Sequence record: DRR723986_4199
DNA: 64,000 nt
Direction: 5' to 3' (one strand)
The translations under genes and the position numbers were made by a program. The notes under the pieces were generated by a model. The model was not told the origin of the DNA. It worked only from the letters and a program-made list of their open reading frames with translations, and did no database searches. This document shows, piece after piece, positions 22,154 through 33,194 of this stretch (the stretch's first letter is position 1; each line of letters starts with the position of its first letter).

Positions 22154-22668
22154 TGGACTTTCTGTTTGGAATACTTCTGGTTCCCTTTTTCCCACAGTTG
22201 GACGATCCCCAAGAGAATTACGCAGCAACCATGGACAGGTTGGAGCAACGCCTGAATGCGGGTCAGAGGCAAGTTGGCAGTGTAGCTGAGCCCAAGGATT
22301 CAGGTGATGTTCAGCTTGACAGTGCCTTGAGCGTTCGCGCCATGGATTTGCCGCCGATTACTGGTCGTTTGTTTCAGTGGTCGGGCACCCAGTCGGGTCA
22401 TGAGGCCAATCGACAGGCGGCCGTCAATTTGTCGCTGCAATCGTTACGTCTGACGGGTTTGATTGAATCGGCTGGTCAACAGGTCGCCATTTTGAATGAC
22501 GGTCAGGTAGACCATGTTGTCGGGGTTGGCAGCTACGTATTGGACACATACAGAGTAACCTCGTTTGGACCCGGTCAAGTTGTACTGTCGCCGCTAGACC
22601 CCAGGGCTGGAGGCAAGCGCCTTGAGCTGAGCTTCATGCCCGTGAATTCACTCGAGGTTAGCCAATGA
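22150..22668 (+). CDS. PilP-like protein lacking a lipobox
   Basis: Position between pilO and pilQ; SLQSLRLTGLI...VGVGSYV resembles the PilP beta domain; no Cys in the protein. Confidence 0.6.
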   Translation: MMDFLFGILLVPFFPQLDDPQENYAATMDRLEQRLNAGQRQVGSVAEPKDSGDVQLDSALSVRAMDLPPITGRLFQWSGTQSGHEANRQAAVNLSLQSLRLTGLIESAGQQVAILNDGQVDHVVGVGSYVLDTYRVTSFGPGQVVLSPLDPRAGGKRLELSFMPVNSLEVSQ

Positions 22669-24746
22669 ACACTCAACCAATTGTTACCGGGTTACTGCGA
22701 ACGCGGTTTAAAGCAGTGGCTCTGATTGCGTGTTTGCTGATGCATGTGCAAGTTCACGCCGTGGCTGTGGTGGATGCCAAGTTGGAAGAGAGGGCTGACC
22801 AGACTCGAATTCTCCTGTTCTTCGATCAGGCTTTGGATGGCAAATTGGGCCTGTTTCGGATGACGAACCCTGCAAGACAGGTACTTGATTTTCCGGTGGA
22901 GTTGGGCAACAGCACATTGCCCGTGATTTTCCCCACCGACAGCAGAATCAAAAAGGCTCAGCTGATCGCTGCGGGAGGCAAGACCCGCTTGGTGTTGGAG
23001 TTGGCGCAAAATTACGAAGTACGGTTAAATCAGAAAGATCGCCTTATTGATTTGACATTCTCCGGGCCAAAACCCTTTCAGCCCGATGGTGGGCAGGCTG
23101 CTGTGTTGTCTGAGCACAGTGAGCTCAAAGACACTGTTGCACAGTTGATGGGCAAGCCTGCCCTGATTGCAGAAGGGCCGGTCATGAAAACCTGGAATCT
23201 GAGCAAGACGGGCGGAAAATGGGTACTTCGGCTGGAGTTTGATCGGCCCGATCTGATCGCGGATGCGGTGCTGATGAACGACCAGTTGAAAGTCAGGTTT
23301 GCACATGCACGCATGGCGGACGGGGTTCCATTAAAGCTACCAATCACTGCGGACGTTCCAGTTGCCCAAGTTGAGTTGAAGCCGGGCGATTTGGCACTCA
23401 CCGTTCAAATGAAGTTGAATGGTGCTACCCACTTGGTACGCCAACGTGGAGAGGTGGTGGAGGTAGAGCTCAACCCGACGAGAAAGGCCACTGAGCAAAC
23501 AAAGGCGATTGAACTGAAGTCTGGAACTTCTGAGCAAAGTGTGGTGGCCCGATACACCGGCCGACCGATTACTTTGGATTTCAAAGATGCAGACATACGA
23601 ACTGTGATGCAGGTGTTTGCAGACTTCACAAAAATGAATCTGGTGTTAAGCGACTCGGTTCAGGGCAAGGTGTCGGTGTTTCTTAAAGATGTGCCATGGG
23701 ACCAGGCGCTGGATATTGTGATGCGCTCCAAAGGGTTGGTGTCAAGTCAGTCGGGCAATGTACTGTTGGTTTCCACGCCCACCGATGTCACCAACGACCA
23801 GTTTCAAACCGCCAATCGGCGTGCTCAGGACGAAATGGAACCTTTGGTGTCCAAGGTGTTTCAGGTGAGCTATCAAAAAACAGCCGACCTGGTGACGTTG
23901 ATCAAATCAGAGGATTCCAAACTCTTGTCAGCGCGAGGCACCCTGATTTCAGATGAGCGCACCAGCCAGATCTTCATTCAAGACACACCCAGCAGGCTTG
24001 AGCGAATCAGCATGATTGTCAACGGCCTGGACAAGCCTGTGAAGCAGGTCATGATCGAGGCACGTGTTGTACTGGCGGATACCACTGTATCCAAGGATTT
24101 GGGGGTCAGGCTAAGGGCTTTGTCAGCACGGGCAGATCCGGGTTTTGATGATGTCGGCGATCAGTTTGGCAGCGGCAATTTTGTGAACACCGGCGTTGAA
24201 AATGCGACCAATCTTGGCTACACGCTGTTCAATGCGAATTCAACGCGATTGATTAATTTGCAACTTCGGGCCCTTGAAATTGAAAACAAGGTGCGCACCG
24301 TGTCCAATCCACGCGTGATTACATCCAACAAGGAACCCGCCCTGATTGAGCAAGGTACGGAGATTCCCTATCAAATCGCCACCAGCAGTGGGGCGACAGC
24401 CACCGAATTCAAAGAGGCCAATCTGAAGCTTGCTGTCACACCTCAAATTTCGCCGGACGGCACAATTTTACTGGATGTAGATGTAGCGAAGGACTCGATC
24501 GGAATCGAAACGTCCAACGGGCCCGCCATTGATACCCGACGAGTAAAAACCAAAGTTTTGGTGAGTGATGGGGGCACTGTGGTGTTGGGCGGTATTTTTG
24601 AAGAGGACGACAATGTGTTGAATGACAAAACACCATTTTTAGGGGATGTGCCGGGATTGGGCGTGTTGTTCCGCGGCAAAAATGAGTCCAAGCGCAGGGC
24701 CGAATTGTTAATCTTTTTGACGCCGGTTGTGCTCACAAGCCAATAG
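22665..24746 (+). CDS. pilQ: Type IV pilus secretin PilQ
   Basis: AMIN-like N-terminus, YTGRPITLDF, VPWDQALD, QVMIEARVV, GTEIPY, ELLIFLTP. Confidence 0.95.
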   Translation: MNTQPIVTGLLRTRFKAVALIACLLMHVQVHAVAVVDAKLEERADQTRILLFFDQALDGKLGLFRMTNPARQVLDFPVELGNSTLPVIFPTDSRIKKAQLIAAGGKTRLVLELAQNYEVRLNQKDRLIDLTFSGPKPFQPDGGQAAVLSEHSELKDTVAQLMGKPALIAEGPVMKTWNLSKTGGKWVLRLEFDRPDLIADAVLMNDQLKVRFAHARMADGVPLKLPITADVPVAQVELKPGDLALTVQMKLNGATHLVRQRGEVVEVELNPTRKATEQTKAIELKSGTSEQSVVARYTGRPITLDFKDADIRTVMQVFADFTKMNLVLSDSVQGKVSVFLKDVPWDQALDIVMRSKGLVSSQSGNVLLVSTPTDVTNDQFQTANRRAQDEMEPLVSKVFQVSYQKTADLVTLIKSEDSKLLSARGTLISDERTSQIFIQDTPSRLERISMIVNGLDKPVKQVMIEARVVLADTTVSKDLGVRLRALSARADPGFDDVGDQFGSGNFVNTGVENATNLGYTLFNANSTRLINLQLRALEIENKVRTVSNPRVITSNKEPALIEQGTEIPYQIATSSGATATEFKEANLKLAVTPQISPDGTILLDVDVAKDSIGIETSNGPAIDTRRVKTKVLVSDGGTVVLGGIFEEDDNVLNDKTPFLGDVPGLGVLFRGKNESKRRAELLIFLTPVVLTSQ

Positions 24747-24795
24747 CACAAGCTTTACCGTACAATGATTTGATTGTTCACAAAGATTTAACGAA

Positions 24796-25353
24796 GTGTC
24801 TAATCAATGCATTGTGCTGGTGGGCATGATGGGTGCCGGCAAAAGCACAGTCGGCAAGGCCTTGGCCAAGCATCTGTCCTGGGAATTCACTGACACCGAT
24901 CACCTGATCGAGCATCAAACAGGTGTCAGCATTCCCGTTATCTTCGAGATTGAAGGTGAGGCCGGTTTTCGTCGACGTGAATCGACTGCGCTGGCCAGCT
25001 TTGTTGGCCGGGAACGGCAGGTCATAGCCACCGGCGGGGGTATAGTGCTGGCGCCGGAGAATCGTGAAATCCTCAGACGAATAGGTGCCGTGGTGTACCT
25101 GAGTGCTTCAGCAGCTGAGCTTTATCAGCGAACCCGTCTGGACAAAAATCGTCCTTTGCTGCAAGGCCCCAACCCTCGAAAAAAAATTGAAGAATTGTTG
25201 GCACAACGACTTCCGCTTTACAAAGAGTGCGCCGATGTTGTGATTGAAACCGGGCGGCAACCGGTTTACCAAATTGTGAACAAAATCAGCCATGCTTTAA
25301 AATTGGGTCAGAAGGCACCCGACACTGAACAGAAGGCCACCGGAACAGAATGA
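24796..25353 (+). CDS. aroK: Shikimate kinase
   Basis: [24 protein letters not shown]. Confidence 0.97.
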   Translation: MSNQCIVLVGMMGAGKSTVGKALAKHLSWEFTDTDHLIEHQTGVSIPVIFEIEGEAGFRRRESTALASFVGRERQVIATGGGIVLAPENREILRRIGAVVYLSASAAELYQRTRLDKNRPLLQGPNPRKKIEELLAQRLPLYKECADVVIETGRQPVYQIVNKISHALKLGQKAPDTEQKATGTE

Positions 25354-26444
25354 GTCAATACACCCTTGAAGTTGATTTGGGCGAACGCAGTTACCCGATT
25401 CACATCGGCGCGGGTTTGCTAGACAATGCCGACCTTTTCCAGCCGCACGTGAGCGGTAAAACCGTGATGATTTGCACCAACACCACGGTGGGGCCATTGT
25501 ATGCAGATCGTTTGAGAGCCACTTTGCAAAGCGCTGGAGCGAAACTGGTGCACTTGGTCAGCTTGCCTGACGGCGAGGAATACAAAGACTGGCCCACGCT
25601 GCAGCGCGTGTTTGATGCATTGCTTCAAAACCATTGTGACCGAAAAACCGTGTTGGTGGCCTTGGGCGGTGGCGTGATTGGGGACATGGGTGGTTTTGCG
25701 GCCTCGGCTTTCATGCGCGGAATTCCGTTCATTCAGGTGCCCACCACTTTGTTGAGCCAGGTAGACAGCTCGGTGGGTGGAAAAACGGGCATCAATCACC
25801 CTTTGGGCAAAAACATGATTGGGGCGTTTTACCAGCCTCAGATGGTGTTGACCGATATTTCTACCCTGAATACCTTGCCGGATCGAGAGTTGAGCTGCGG
25901 CTTGGCTGAAATCATCAAGCATGGTGCGATCGCAGACACCGAGTACCTGGACATGGTCGAGGGCAACATGCCTGCTTTGTTGAACCGAGATCCGGGGTTG
26001 CTGGCGCTTGTGGTGAAGCGTTCTTGCGAGATCAAGGCCGATGTGGTGTCGAAAGATGAACGTGAAGGCGGTATACGCGCCATTCTGAATTTCGGCCACA
26101 CCTTTGGGCATGCGATTGAAGCCGGTATGGGTTATGGTCAGTGGTACCACGGCGAAGCTGTGGGTTGTGGCATGGTGATTGCGGCCGATTTGTGTCGCCG
26201 AATGGGGCGTTTAAGTGCAGAGGAATCTGCGCGGCTGAAAAAGATTGTGATTGATGCCCGTTTGCCGGCCATTCCGCCACGCTTGGGTGTCGACAAGTTC
26301 ATGGCGCTGATGGCGCATGACAAAAAAGCAGACTCTGGCTCGATTAAATATGTGCTCTTGAATGGTCTGGGTGGGGCCTCGACCTCGCCCGCCGATGAGG
26401 CCCTAGTGCGGCAAACCTTACAGGAAATGGGGGCAGGGGACTGA
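25350..26444 (+). CDS. aroB: 3-dehydroquinate synthase
   Basis: [33 protein letters not shown]. Confidence 0.98.
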   Translation: MSQYTLEVDLGERSYPIHIGAGLLDNADLFQPHVSGKTVMICTNTTVGPLYADRLRATLQSAGAKLVHLVSLPDGEEYKDWPTLQRVFDALLQNHCDRKTVLVALGGGVIGDMGGFAASAFMRGIPFIQVPTTLLSQVDSSVGGKTGINHPLGKNMIGAFYQPQMVLTDISTLNTLPDRELSCGLAEIIKHGAIADTEYLDMVEGNMPALLNRDPGLLALVVKRSCEIKADVVSKDEREGGIRAILNFGHTFGHAIEAGMGYGQWYHGEAVGCGMVIAADLCRRMGRLSAEESARLKKIVIDARLPAIPPRLGVDKFMALMAHDKKADSGSIKYVLLNGLGGASTSPADEALVRQTLQEMGAGD

Positions 26445-26446
26445 CC

Positions 26447-27580
26447 GTGCGCAACTTCGAACTCAGTTTGGCCCCTTATGCAGTCAGCTCCGCGAATACA
26501 CGCGGACGATTGCACCCTGAAAAAAGCCCGGAAGGCCGAACCGAGTTTGAGCGTGACCGCGACCGCATTATTCACAGTGCGGCGTTTCGTCGCCTTGAGT
26601 ACAAAACCCAGGTTTTTGTAAACACCGAAGGTGATTTGTACCGTACACGCCTCACGCACAGCCTTGAAGTGGCGCAAATTGCGCGTAGCATTTCCCGCAA
26701 TTTGGGCTTGAATGAGGAGTTGACTGAGGCTGTGGCGCTCGCCCACGACTTGGGGCACACGCCTTTTGGCCATGCTGGGCAAGACGCGCTGAATGAATGC
26801 ATGGCACCACATGGCGGCTTTGAGCACAATTTACAAAGCCTGCGGGTGGTTGATGAGCTGGAGGAAAAGTACGCGGCGTTCAATGGCTTGAACTTGTGTT
26901 TCGAAACACGCGAAAGTATTTTGAAACACTGTTCGAAGCCCAATGCAGAGAAGCTGGGTGATGTGGCGGACCGGTTCTTGAGCAATCGCCGCCCGGTACT
27001 CGAGGCGCAAGTGACCAATCTGGCCGATGAAATTGCCTACAACAATCACGACATTGATGATGGTTTGCGTTCAGGCCTGATTACTCTGGAACAAGCGGCT
27101 GAGGTGTCACTGTTCAAAATGCATCTGGACCGTGTCAAGGCCCGACATCCGAACATCGAAGGGCGCAGGCTGATTCATGAAACAGTTCGGGGCATTATCA
27201 ATGCTTTGGTTCAAGACCTTTTGCATGAATCGGAACGCCGAATTCAAACCATGAAACCCACCTGTGTGGCTGATGTGCAGCTGGCCGACAAGTTGATTGG
27301 CTTTAGTCCGGAAATGGCTGAGTTGAATCACGAGTTGAAGGTGTTTTTGCGCAAGTCCCTGTATCAGCATTATCAGGTGTTGCGGGCCACACTCAAAGCA
27401 AGACGGGTCGTGGAAGAGTTGTTCCACATTTTCATGGGGGATCCGCGTTTGTTGCCCCCCCAGTTTTATCGTCGTTCGGAAGCCGACATTCCCCGAGCTA
27501 TCGCAGACTACATTGCGGGCATGACGGATCGCTATGCCATGAAAGAGCACCAGCGCCTCACCGTGCCCGGCGTTCAATAA
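26447..27580 (+). CDS. dgt: Deoxyguanosinetriphosphate triphosphohydrolase (HD family)
   Basis: [38 protein letters not shown]. Confidence 0.96.
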   Translation: MRNFELSLAPYAVSSANTRGRLHPEKSPEGRTEFERDRDRIIHSAAFRRLEYKTQVFVNTEGDLYRTRLTHSLEVAQIARSISRNLGLNEELTEAVALAHDLGHTPFGHAGQDALNECMAPHGGFEHNLQSLRVVDELEEKYAAFNGLNLCFETRESILKHCSKPNAEKLGDVADRFLSNRRPVLEAQVTNLADEIAYNNHDIDDGLRSGLITLEQAAEVSLFKMHLDRVKARHPNIEGRRLIHETVRGIINALVQDLLHESERRIQTMKPTCVADVQLADKLIGFSPEMAELNHELKVFLRKSLYQHYQVLRATLKARRVVEELFHIFMGDPRLLPPQFYRRSEADIPRAIADYIAGMTDRYAMKEHQRLTVPGVQ

Positions 27581-27589
27581 TTCTTCCTC

Positions 27590-28294
27590 ATGGCCCGGCA
27601 GCCCCGTCTTTTCATTCCTGATTGCCCCATGGTTCTGGAGTTGCAGGGCATTGCCGGTCAAGAGGTATTTAAAACGCGTGAGGCGTTTTCCTTGTTTCAC
27701 AGTCAACTGCCATTGAGTGCAGTCGAGGAAACCGTGGCTATTCACGCTTACTGCATGGTGCCCGCTGGTTCCTTACTGATGATTAGTGCTTCAGAAGCCA
27801 GCTGCGCCGGTCGTTTTGTACAAAACCTGAACCGGCATTTTTCGCCCGCCGTGCGTCAGGTGCAAGCAGTGCATTCCAGTGCACTGTGGGAACCTCGGTT
27901 TAAATCCACCGTGGTTCAACCCGGTTTGCACAGCCTCAAGGCCTGCCTGTTTGTTGAGCAGTTGGCAGCGCGCGCCGCGGGTGCACCGGATCTTGCCACT
28001 TACCCCTGGAGCAGTTTTGCTGCACATGCTGGTGTGGTCAATGAGGCTTGGTTGAGTGATCTGCCTGTGTATTGGCAGTTGGGTAATACGCCGTTTGAGC
28101 GTCAAAGCCGCTACAGGCAGTTCAGTGAACAGGGCCTGGGTGAGCACGACAGCCATGGTTTGTCACAGTGCTTGCAAAAAGGATGGCTTTGGAGCGATGA
28201 TGCTTTTTGCGCGCAAATTCAAGAGCTTGCGAACCGGCCGGTTCGCCCTCGACCGCGCGGGCGACCCGTCAAAACAATCAAAAGCACAATTTAA
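27590..28294 (+). CDS. Y1/REP-associated tyrosine transposase (RAYT)-like protein, predicted catalytically inactive
   Basis: MARQPR start, IHAYC, LWEPRFKS, YPWSS, YWQLGNTPFER, RGRP end match the family; HUH reads GSL and catalytic YIxLNP reads FVEQLA. Confidence 0.85.
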   Translation: MARQPRLFIPDCPMVLELQGIAGQEVFKTREAFSLFHSQLPLSAVEETVAIHAYCMVPAGSLLMISASEASCAGRFVQNLNRHFSPAVRQVQAVHSSALWEPRFKSTVVQPGLHSLKACLFVEQLAARAAGAPDLATYPWSSFAAHAGVVNEAWLSDLPVYWQLGNTPFERQSRYRQFSEQGLGEHDSHGLSQCLQKGWLWSDDAFCAQIQELANRPVRPRPRGRPVKTIKSTI

Positions 28295-28313
28295 GTGCGT
28301 TCTTTTTTTGGTG

Positions 28314-28369
28314 TGTCCCTAATTAATAAGCCCTGATTTCGATGGGGTGTATTAAATAGGGTCAGACCC
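28314..28369. repeat. Imperfect inverted repeat plus GGGTCAGACCC palindrome (REP-like)
   Basis: TGTCCCTAATTAATA (28314-28328) vs TATTAAATAGGGTCA (28350-28364), 13/15 complementary; GGGTC-A-GACCC at 28359-28369. Confidence 0.75.
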
Positions 28370-28381
28370 CTTTTATTTTCC

Positions 28382-28410
28382 TTGAGAATGTTGCCGCACT
28401 GCAGTAAAGT
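28382..28410 (+). promoter_or_regulatory. Putative sigma70 promoter of gltBD
   Basis: TTGAGA-N17-TAAAGT about 30 nt upstream of the gltB ATG. Confidence 0.6.
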
Positions 28411-28440
28411 GACCCACGTACCGAAATCAGGGGCTTTTCC

Positions 28441-31400
28441 ATGCAACAAGACATCCGAAAGATTGCCGAAGAAAAAGGCATGTACTCCGCCAGCAATGAA
28501 CACGACGCCTGTGGCGTTGGCTTTGTGGCGCACATTAAAGGCAAGCGCACTCACGAAATTATCGAAGGTGGCTTGAAGATTCTGGAAAACCTGGACCACC
28601 GCGGTGCTGTGGGCGCCGACCCTTTGATGGGCGACGGTGCCGGTATCCTGATCCAGATTCCCGATGCCTTCTTCCGTGAAGAAATGGCCAAGCAGGGCGT
28701 GACTTTGCCACCCGCGGGCGAATACGGTGTGGGCATGTTGTTTTTGCCCAAAGAGACTGCTTCACGCATTGCCTGTGAACAGGAAATTGAACGTGCCATC
28801 AAAGCCGAGGGTCAAGTGCTGCTGGGCTGGCGTGATGTGCCAGTGAATGCTGACATGCCGATGAGCCCCACTGTGCGCGCCAAAGAGCCCGTGATTCGCC
28901 AGGTGTTTGTGGGCCGTGGACGCGACATCATGGTGACCGATGCGCTGGAACGCAAACTGTACGTAATTCGCAAACGTGCTGTACACGCCATCAAGAACCT
29001 GAATCTGGCACACGGCACCGAGTACTTCAGCCCTTCGATGAGCGCCCGTACCATTGTGTACAAGGGCTTGTTGTTGGCCAACCAGGTGGGCGAGTATTAC
29101 CTTGATCTAAAGGACTCACGCTGCGTTTCTGCCCTCGCACTGGTTCACCAGCGCTTCTCCACCAACACATTCCCCGAGTGGCCTTTGGCTCACCCGTACC
29201 GCATGTTGGCGCACAACGGTGAAATCAACACCGTGAAAGGCAACTTCAACTGGATGCGTGCACGTGAAGGTGTGATGAAGAGCGCCGTGTTGGGTGACGA
29301 TCTGCAAAAGCTGTACCCCTTGATTTTTGAAGGTCAATCCGACACAGCCTGTTTCGACAACTGTCTGGAACTGCTGGTGATGGCAGGCTATCCAATTGCC
29401 CAGGCCATGATGATGATGGTGCCCGAGGCTTGGGAGCAGCACACCTTGATGGACGACAATCGTCGCGCCTTCTACGAATACCATGCCGCCATGATGGAAC
29501 CTTGGGACGGCCCTGCCGCCATGGCCTTCACCGATGGCAAGCAGATTGGTGCCACGCTGGACCGCAACGGCTTGCGCCCAGCACGTTACATCGTGACCGA
29601 AGATGACCTGGTTGTGATGGCTTCGGAATCGGGCACATTGCCAATTCCAGAAAGCAAGATTGTCAAGAAGTGGCGCCTGCAGCCCGGCAAAATGTTCCTG
29701 ATCGACATGGAAGCTGGCCGCATCATCAACGACGACGAGTTGAAGAACCAGCTCAGCGCCGCCAAGCCCTACAAGCAGTGGATCGACACCATCCGCGTCA
29801 AGCTGGATGAAGTGGAAGGCCAGCCTGAGCCAATCGAGCCGAACGAAACTTTGCTGGATCGCCAGCAGGCTTTTGGCTATACCCAGGAAGACTTGAAATT
29901 CCTGATGGCCCCCATGCTGCAAAACGGCGAAGAGGCCACCGGCTCTATGGGCAATGACAGCCCATTGGCAGTCATGTCCAACAAGCTCAAACCCCTGTAC
30001 AACTACTTCAAGCAGTTGTTCGCGCAGGTGACCAACCCACCGATCGACCCGATCCGTGAGAACCTGGTGATGAGTTTGAACAGCTTTATCGGCCCCAAGC
30101 CAAACCTGCTGGATTTGAACAACATCAATCCGCCGATGCGCCTTGAAGTGTCGCAGCCCGTGCTGACCTCCAAAGACATGGCGAAGATTCGCAACATTGA
30201 AGCCTTCACCGGCGGCAAATTCACCAGTCACGAACTGAACATTTGTTACCCAGTGGCCTGGGGCAAGGAAGGCATTGAGGCGCGAATCGCTTCCCTGTGT
30301 GCCGAAGCCCGCGATGCCGTGAAACAGGGTGTGAACATCCTGATCATCACCGACCGCATGATGAGCCGCGACAATGTGGCCATTCCGGCGTTGTTGGCTG
30401 TGTCCGCCATTCACCAGCATCTGGTGAAAGTGGGTCTGCGCACCTCCACAGGTTTGGTGGTTGAAACCGGCTCTGCCCGTGAAGTGCACCACTTCGCCTT
30501 GTTGGCGGGTTACGGTGCCGAAGCTGTACACCCATACCTGGCCATGGAAACCATTGCTGACATGAGCAAAGGCCTGCCGGGCGACCTGAGCCCCGAAAAG
30601 GCCGTGTACAACTACATCAAGGCAGTGGGCAAGGGCCTGATGAAAGTGATGTCCAAGATGGGCATTTCAACCTACATGAGCTACACCGGCGCGCAAATTT
30701 TCGAAGCCGTGGGTTTGAACCAGGCTTTCGTGGATGCCTATTTCTCTGGCACACCCACCAAGGTGGAAGGCATCGGCGTGTTTGAGGTGGCTGAGGAAGC
30801 CATTCGTATTCACCAGGCTGCATTCAGCCCTGACCCTGTGCTGGCTGGCGCCCTGGATGCCGGTGGTGAATACGCCTGGCGTACCCGTGGTGAAGAGCAC
30901 ATGTGGACCCCCGATGCAATTGCAAAACTGCAGCACTCCACACGCAGCGGCACCTATAACACCTACAAGGAATATGCGCAGATCATCAACGACCAAAGCA
31001 AGCGTCACATGACTTTGCGCGGTTTGTTTGAGTTCAAGATCGACCCAAGCAAGGCCATTCCGATCGAGGAAGTAGAGCCTGCCGAAGAGATCGTCAAGCG
31101 CTTCGCAACCGGTGCGATGTCGCTGGGCTCGATTTCGACTGAGGCGCACTCCACCTTGGCTGTGGCCATGAACCGCATTGGCGGCAAGAGCAACACTGGT
31201 GAAGGCGGCGAAGACGAAAAGCGATACAGCGCCGAGCTGCGCGCTGGCTTGGACAAGTTTGGTCCTGGCACAGGCCCGATTGGCGAAGGTGCCACGCTGA
31301 AAAGCGAATTGGGCGATGTGGTGGTTGCAGACTTCCCCTTGAAGAAAGGTGATTCACTGCGCTCACGCATCAAGCAGGTGGCTTCTGGCCGTTTTGGTGT

Positions 31401-33165
31401 TACCGCTGAATATCTCACATCTGCCGATCAAATCCAGATCAAGATGGCCCAAGGTGCCAAGCCTGGTGAAGGTGGTCAGTTGCCCGGTGGCAAGGTGTCC
31501 GAGTACATCGGCAAGCTGCGTTATTCCGTGCCTGGTGTGGGCTTGATTTCTCCACCCCCGCACCACGACATTTACTCCATTGAAGATTTGGCCCAACTGA
31601 TTCACGACCTGAAAAACGTGAACCCACAGGCGTCTGTGTCGGTGAAGCTCGTGTCTGAAGTGGGTGTGGGTACGATTGCAGCGGGTGTGTCGAAAGCCAA
31701 AGCAGATCACCTGGTGATCGCGGGTCAAGACGGCGGTACTGGTGCATCTCCCGTCTCATCCATAAAGCACGCCGGTACCAATTGGGAACTGGGCTTGGCT
31801 GAAACACAGCAAACACTGGTGCTGAACGGCCTGCGTGGTCGCATTCGCGTACAGGTTGATGGCCAAATGAAAACCGGCCGCGACGTGGTGATCGGTGCCA
31901 TGTTGGGCGCTGATGAATTTGGCTTTGCCACCGCACCGCTGGTGGTTGAAGGTTGCATCATGATGCGCAAGTGCCACTTGAACACCTGCCCCGTGGGCGT
32001 GGCAACACAGAACCCCGAACTTCGCAAGAAGTTCACCGGCAAGCCAGAGCATGTGGTGAACTACTTCTTCTTCGTGGCCAATGAAGTGCGCGAAATCATG
32101 GCCCAGTTGGGCATTCGCAAGTTTGACGACCTGATTGGTCGTGCGAATCTGCTTGACATGAAGAAAGGCATTTCTCACTGGAAGGCTAAGGGTCTGGACT
32201 TCAGCCGTTTGCTGTGGGTGCCCGAAGGCACCGACGAGCCTTTGCTGCACAACGGCAGTCAGGACCACGGCTTGGACAAAGCGCTGGACCAGAAACTGAT
32301 CCAGTTGGCCAAGCCTGCGCTGGAAAAAGGCGAGCGCGTCTCTTTCATCACGCCGATCAAAAACGTGAACCGCACAGCCGGCGCCATGTTGTCGGGCGAA
32401 GTGGCCAAGAAGTACGGCCACGCTGGTTTGCCAGATGACACCATTCACATTCAGTTCACAGGTACTGCGGGTCAATCCTTCGGCGCCTTCCTGGCTCACG
32501 GCGTAACTGCTGATTTGGTGGGTGAAGGCAACGACTACGTGGGCAAGGGCTTGAGTGGTGGTCGCATCATCGTGCGCCCCACCAATGATTTCCGCGGTTT
32601 GTCAGAAGAAAACATGATTGTGGGCAACACCGTGTTGTACGGTGCAATTGCCGGTGAGGCATTCCTGAGCGGCGTGGCTGGCGAGCGATTTGCCGTGCGC
32701 AACTCGGGTGCAGCGGCGGTGATTGAGGGCACTGGCGACCATGGTTGTGAATACATGACTGGCGGAACCGTTGTGGTGCTGGGTGAAACTGGTCGCAACT
32801 TCGCTGCTGGCATGAGTGGTGGCTTGGCCTATGTGTACGACATCGACGGCTTGTTCGCCAAGCGTTGCAACATGGCGCAGGTAGAACTGGAAGAAGTGGT
32901 GCCTGCCACCGAGCAGGAAGCACTGGGCAACCGTGAAGTTTGGCACAGCCCTGCACGTGGTGCAGACCGTCAGCCTGATGAAGTGATTTTGAAAGGTTTG
33001 ATCGAACGTCACGCCCGTTACACCGGCAGTGAACGCGCCAAGGAAATTCTGGAAAACTGGGGCACTGAACGCAAGAAGTTCATCAAAGTGTTCCCGACAG
33101 AATACCGTCGCGCCTTGAAAGAACTGTACGTGGCAGCGCAGGCCAAACCTGCTGTGGCCGCTTGA
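28441..33165 (+). CDS. gltB: Glutamate synthase large subunit
   Basis: EHDACGVGF (Ntn Cys), [34 protein letters not shown]. Confidence 0.99.
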   Translation: MQQDIRKIAEEKGMYSASNEHDACGVGFVAHIKGKRTHEIIEGGLKILENLDHRGAVGADPLMGDGAGILIQIPDAFFREEMAKQGVTLPPAGEYGVGMLFLPKETASRIACEQEIERAIKAEGQVLLGWRDVPVNADMPMSPTVRAKEPVIRQVFVGRGRDIMVTDALERKLYVIRKRAVHAIKNLNLAHGTEYFSPSMSARTIVYKGLLLANQVGEYYLDLKDSRCVSALALVHQRFSTNTFPEWPLAHPYRMLAHNGEINTVKGNFNWMRAREGVMKSAVLGDDLQKLYPLIFEGQSDTACFDNCLELLVMAGYPIAQAMMMMVPEAWEQHTLMDDNRRAFYEYHAAMMEPWDGPAAMAFTDGKQIGATLDRNGLRPARYIVTEDDLVVMASESGTLPIPESKIVKKWRLQPGKMFLIDMEAGRIINDDELKNQLSAAKPYKQWIDTIRVKLDEVEGQPEPIEPNETLLDRQQAFGYTQEDLKFLMAPMLQNGEEATGSMGNDSPLAVMSNKLKPLYNYFKQLFAQVTNPPIDPIRENLVMSLNSFIGPKPNLLDLNNINPPMRLEVSQPVLTSKDMAKIRNIEAFTGGKFTSHELNICYPVAWGKEGIEARIASLCAEARDAVKQGVNILIITDRMMSRDNVAIPALLAVSAIHQHLVKVGLRTSTGLVVETGSAREVHHFALLAGYGAEAVHPYLAMETIADMSKGLPGDLSPEKAVYNYIKAVGKGLMKVMSKMGISTYMSYTGAQIFEAVGLNQAFVDAYFSGTPTKVEGIGVFEVAEEAIRIHQAAFSPDPVLAGALDAGGEYAWRTRGEEHMWTPDAIAKLQHSTRSGTYNTYKEYAQIINDQSKRHMTLRGLFEFKIDPSKAIPIEEVEPAEEIVKRFATGAMSLGSISTEAHSTLAVAMNRIGGKSNTGEGGEDEKRYSAELRAGLDKFGPGTGPIGEGATLKSELGDVVVADFPLKKGDSLRSRIKQVASGRFGVTAEYLTSADQIQIKMAQGAKPGEGGQLPGGKVSEYIGKLRYSVPGVGLISPPPHHDIYSIEDLAQLIHDLKNVNPQASVSVKLVSEVGVGTIAAGVSKAKADHLVIAGQDGGTGASPVSSIKHAGTNWELGLAETQQTLVLNGLRGRIRVQVDGQMKTGRDVVIGAMLGADEFGFATAPLVVEGCIMMRKCHLNTCPVGVATQNPELRKKFTGKPEHVVNYFFFVANEVREIMAQLGIRKFDDLIGRANLLDMKKGISHWKAKGLDFSRLLWVPEGTDEPLLHNGSQDHGLDKALDQKLIQLAKPALEKGERVSFITPIKNVNRTAGAMLSGEVAKKYGHAGLPDDTIHIQFTGTAGQSFGAFLAHGVTADLVGEGNDYVGKGLSGGRIIVRPTNDFRGLSEENMIVGNTVLYGAIAGEAFLSGVAGERFAVRNSGAAAVIEGTGDHGCEYMTGGTVVVLGETGRNFAAGMSGGLAYVYDIDGLFAKRCNMAQVELEEVVPATEQEALGNREVWHSPARGADRQPDEVILKGLIERHARYTGSERAKEILENWGTERKKFIKVFPTEYRRALKELYVAAQAKPAVAA

Positions 33166-33194
33166 GAACCAACCTGTTAGTGAGGATTTGAAAA

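Noticed and set aside
27590-28369. Active IS200/IS605 or RAYT mobile element
   Set aside because: Catalytic residues are absent, there is no tnpB, and only one hairpin site is seen; treated as a domesticated gene
29116-30531. 471-aa minus-strand ORF and other long antisense ORFs in gltB/gltD
   Set aside because: Shadow frames of codon-biased genes; no recognisable motifs
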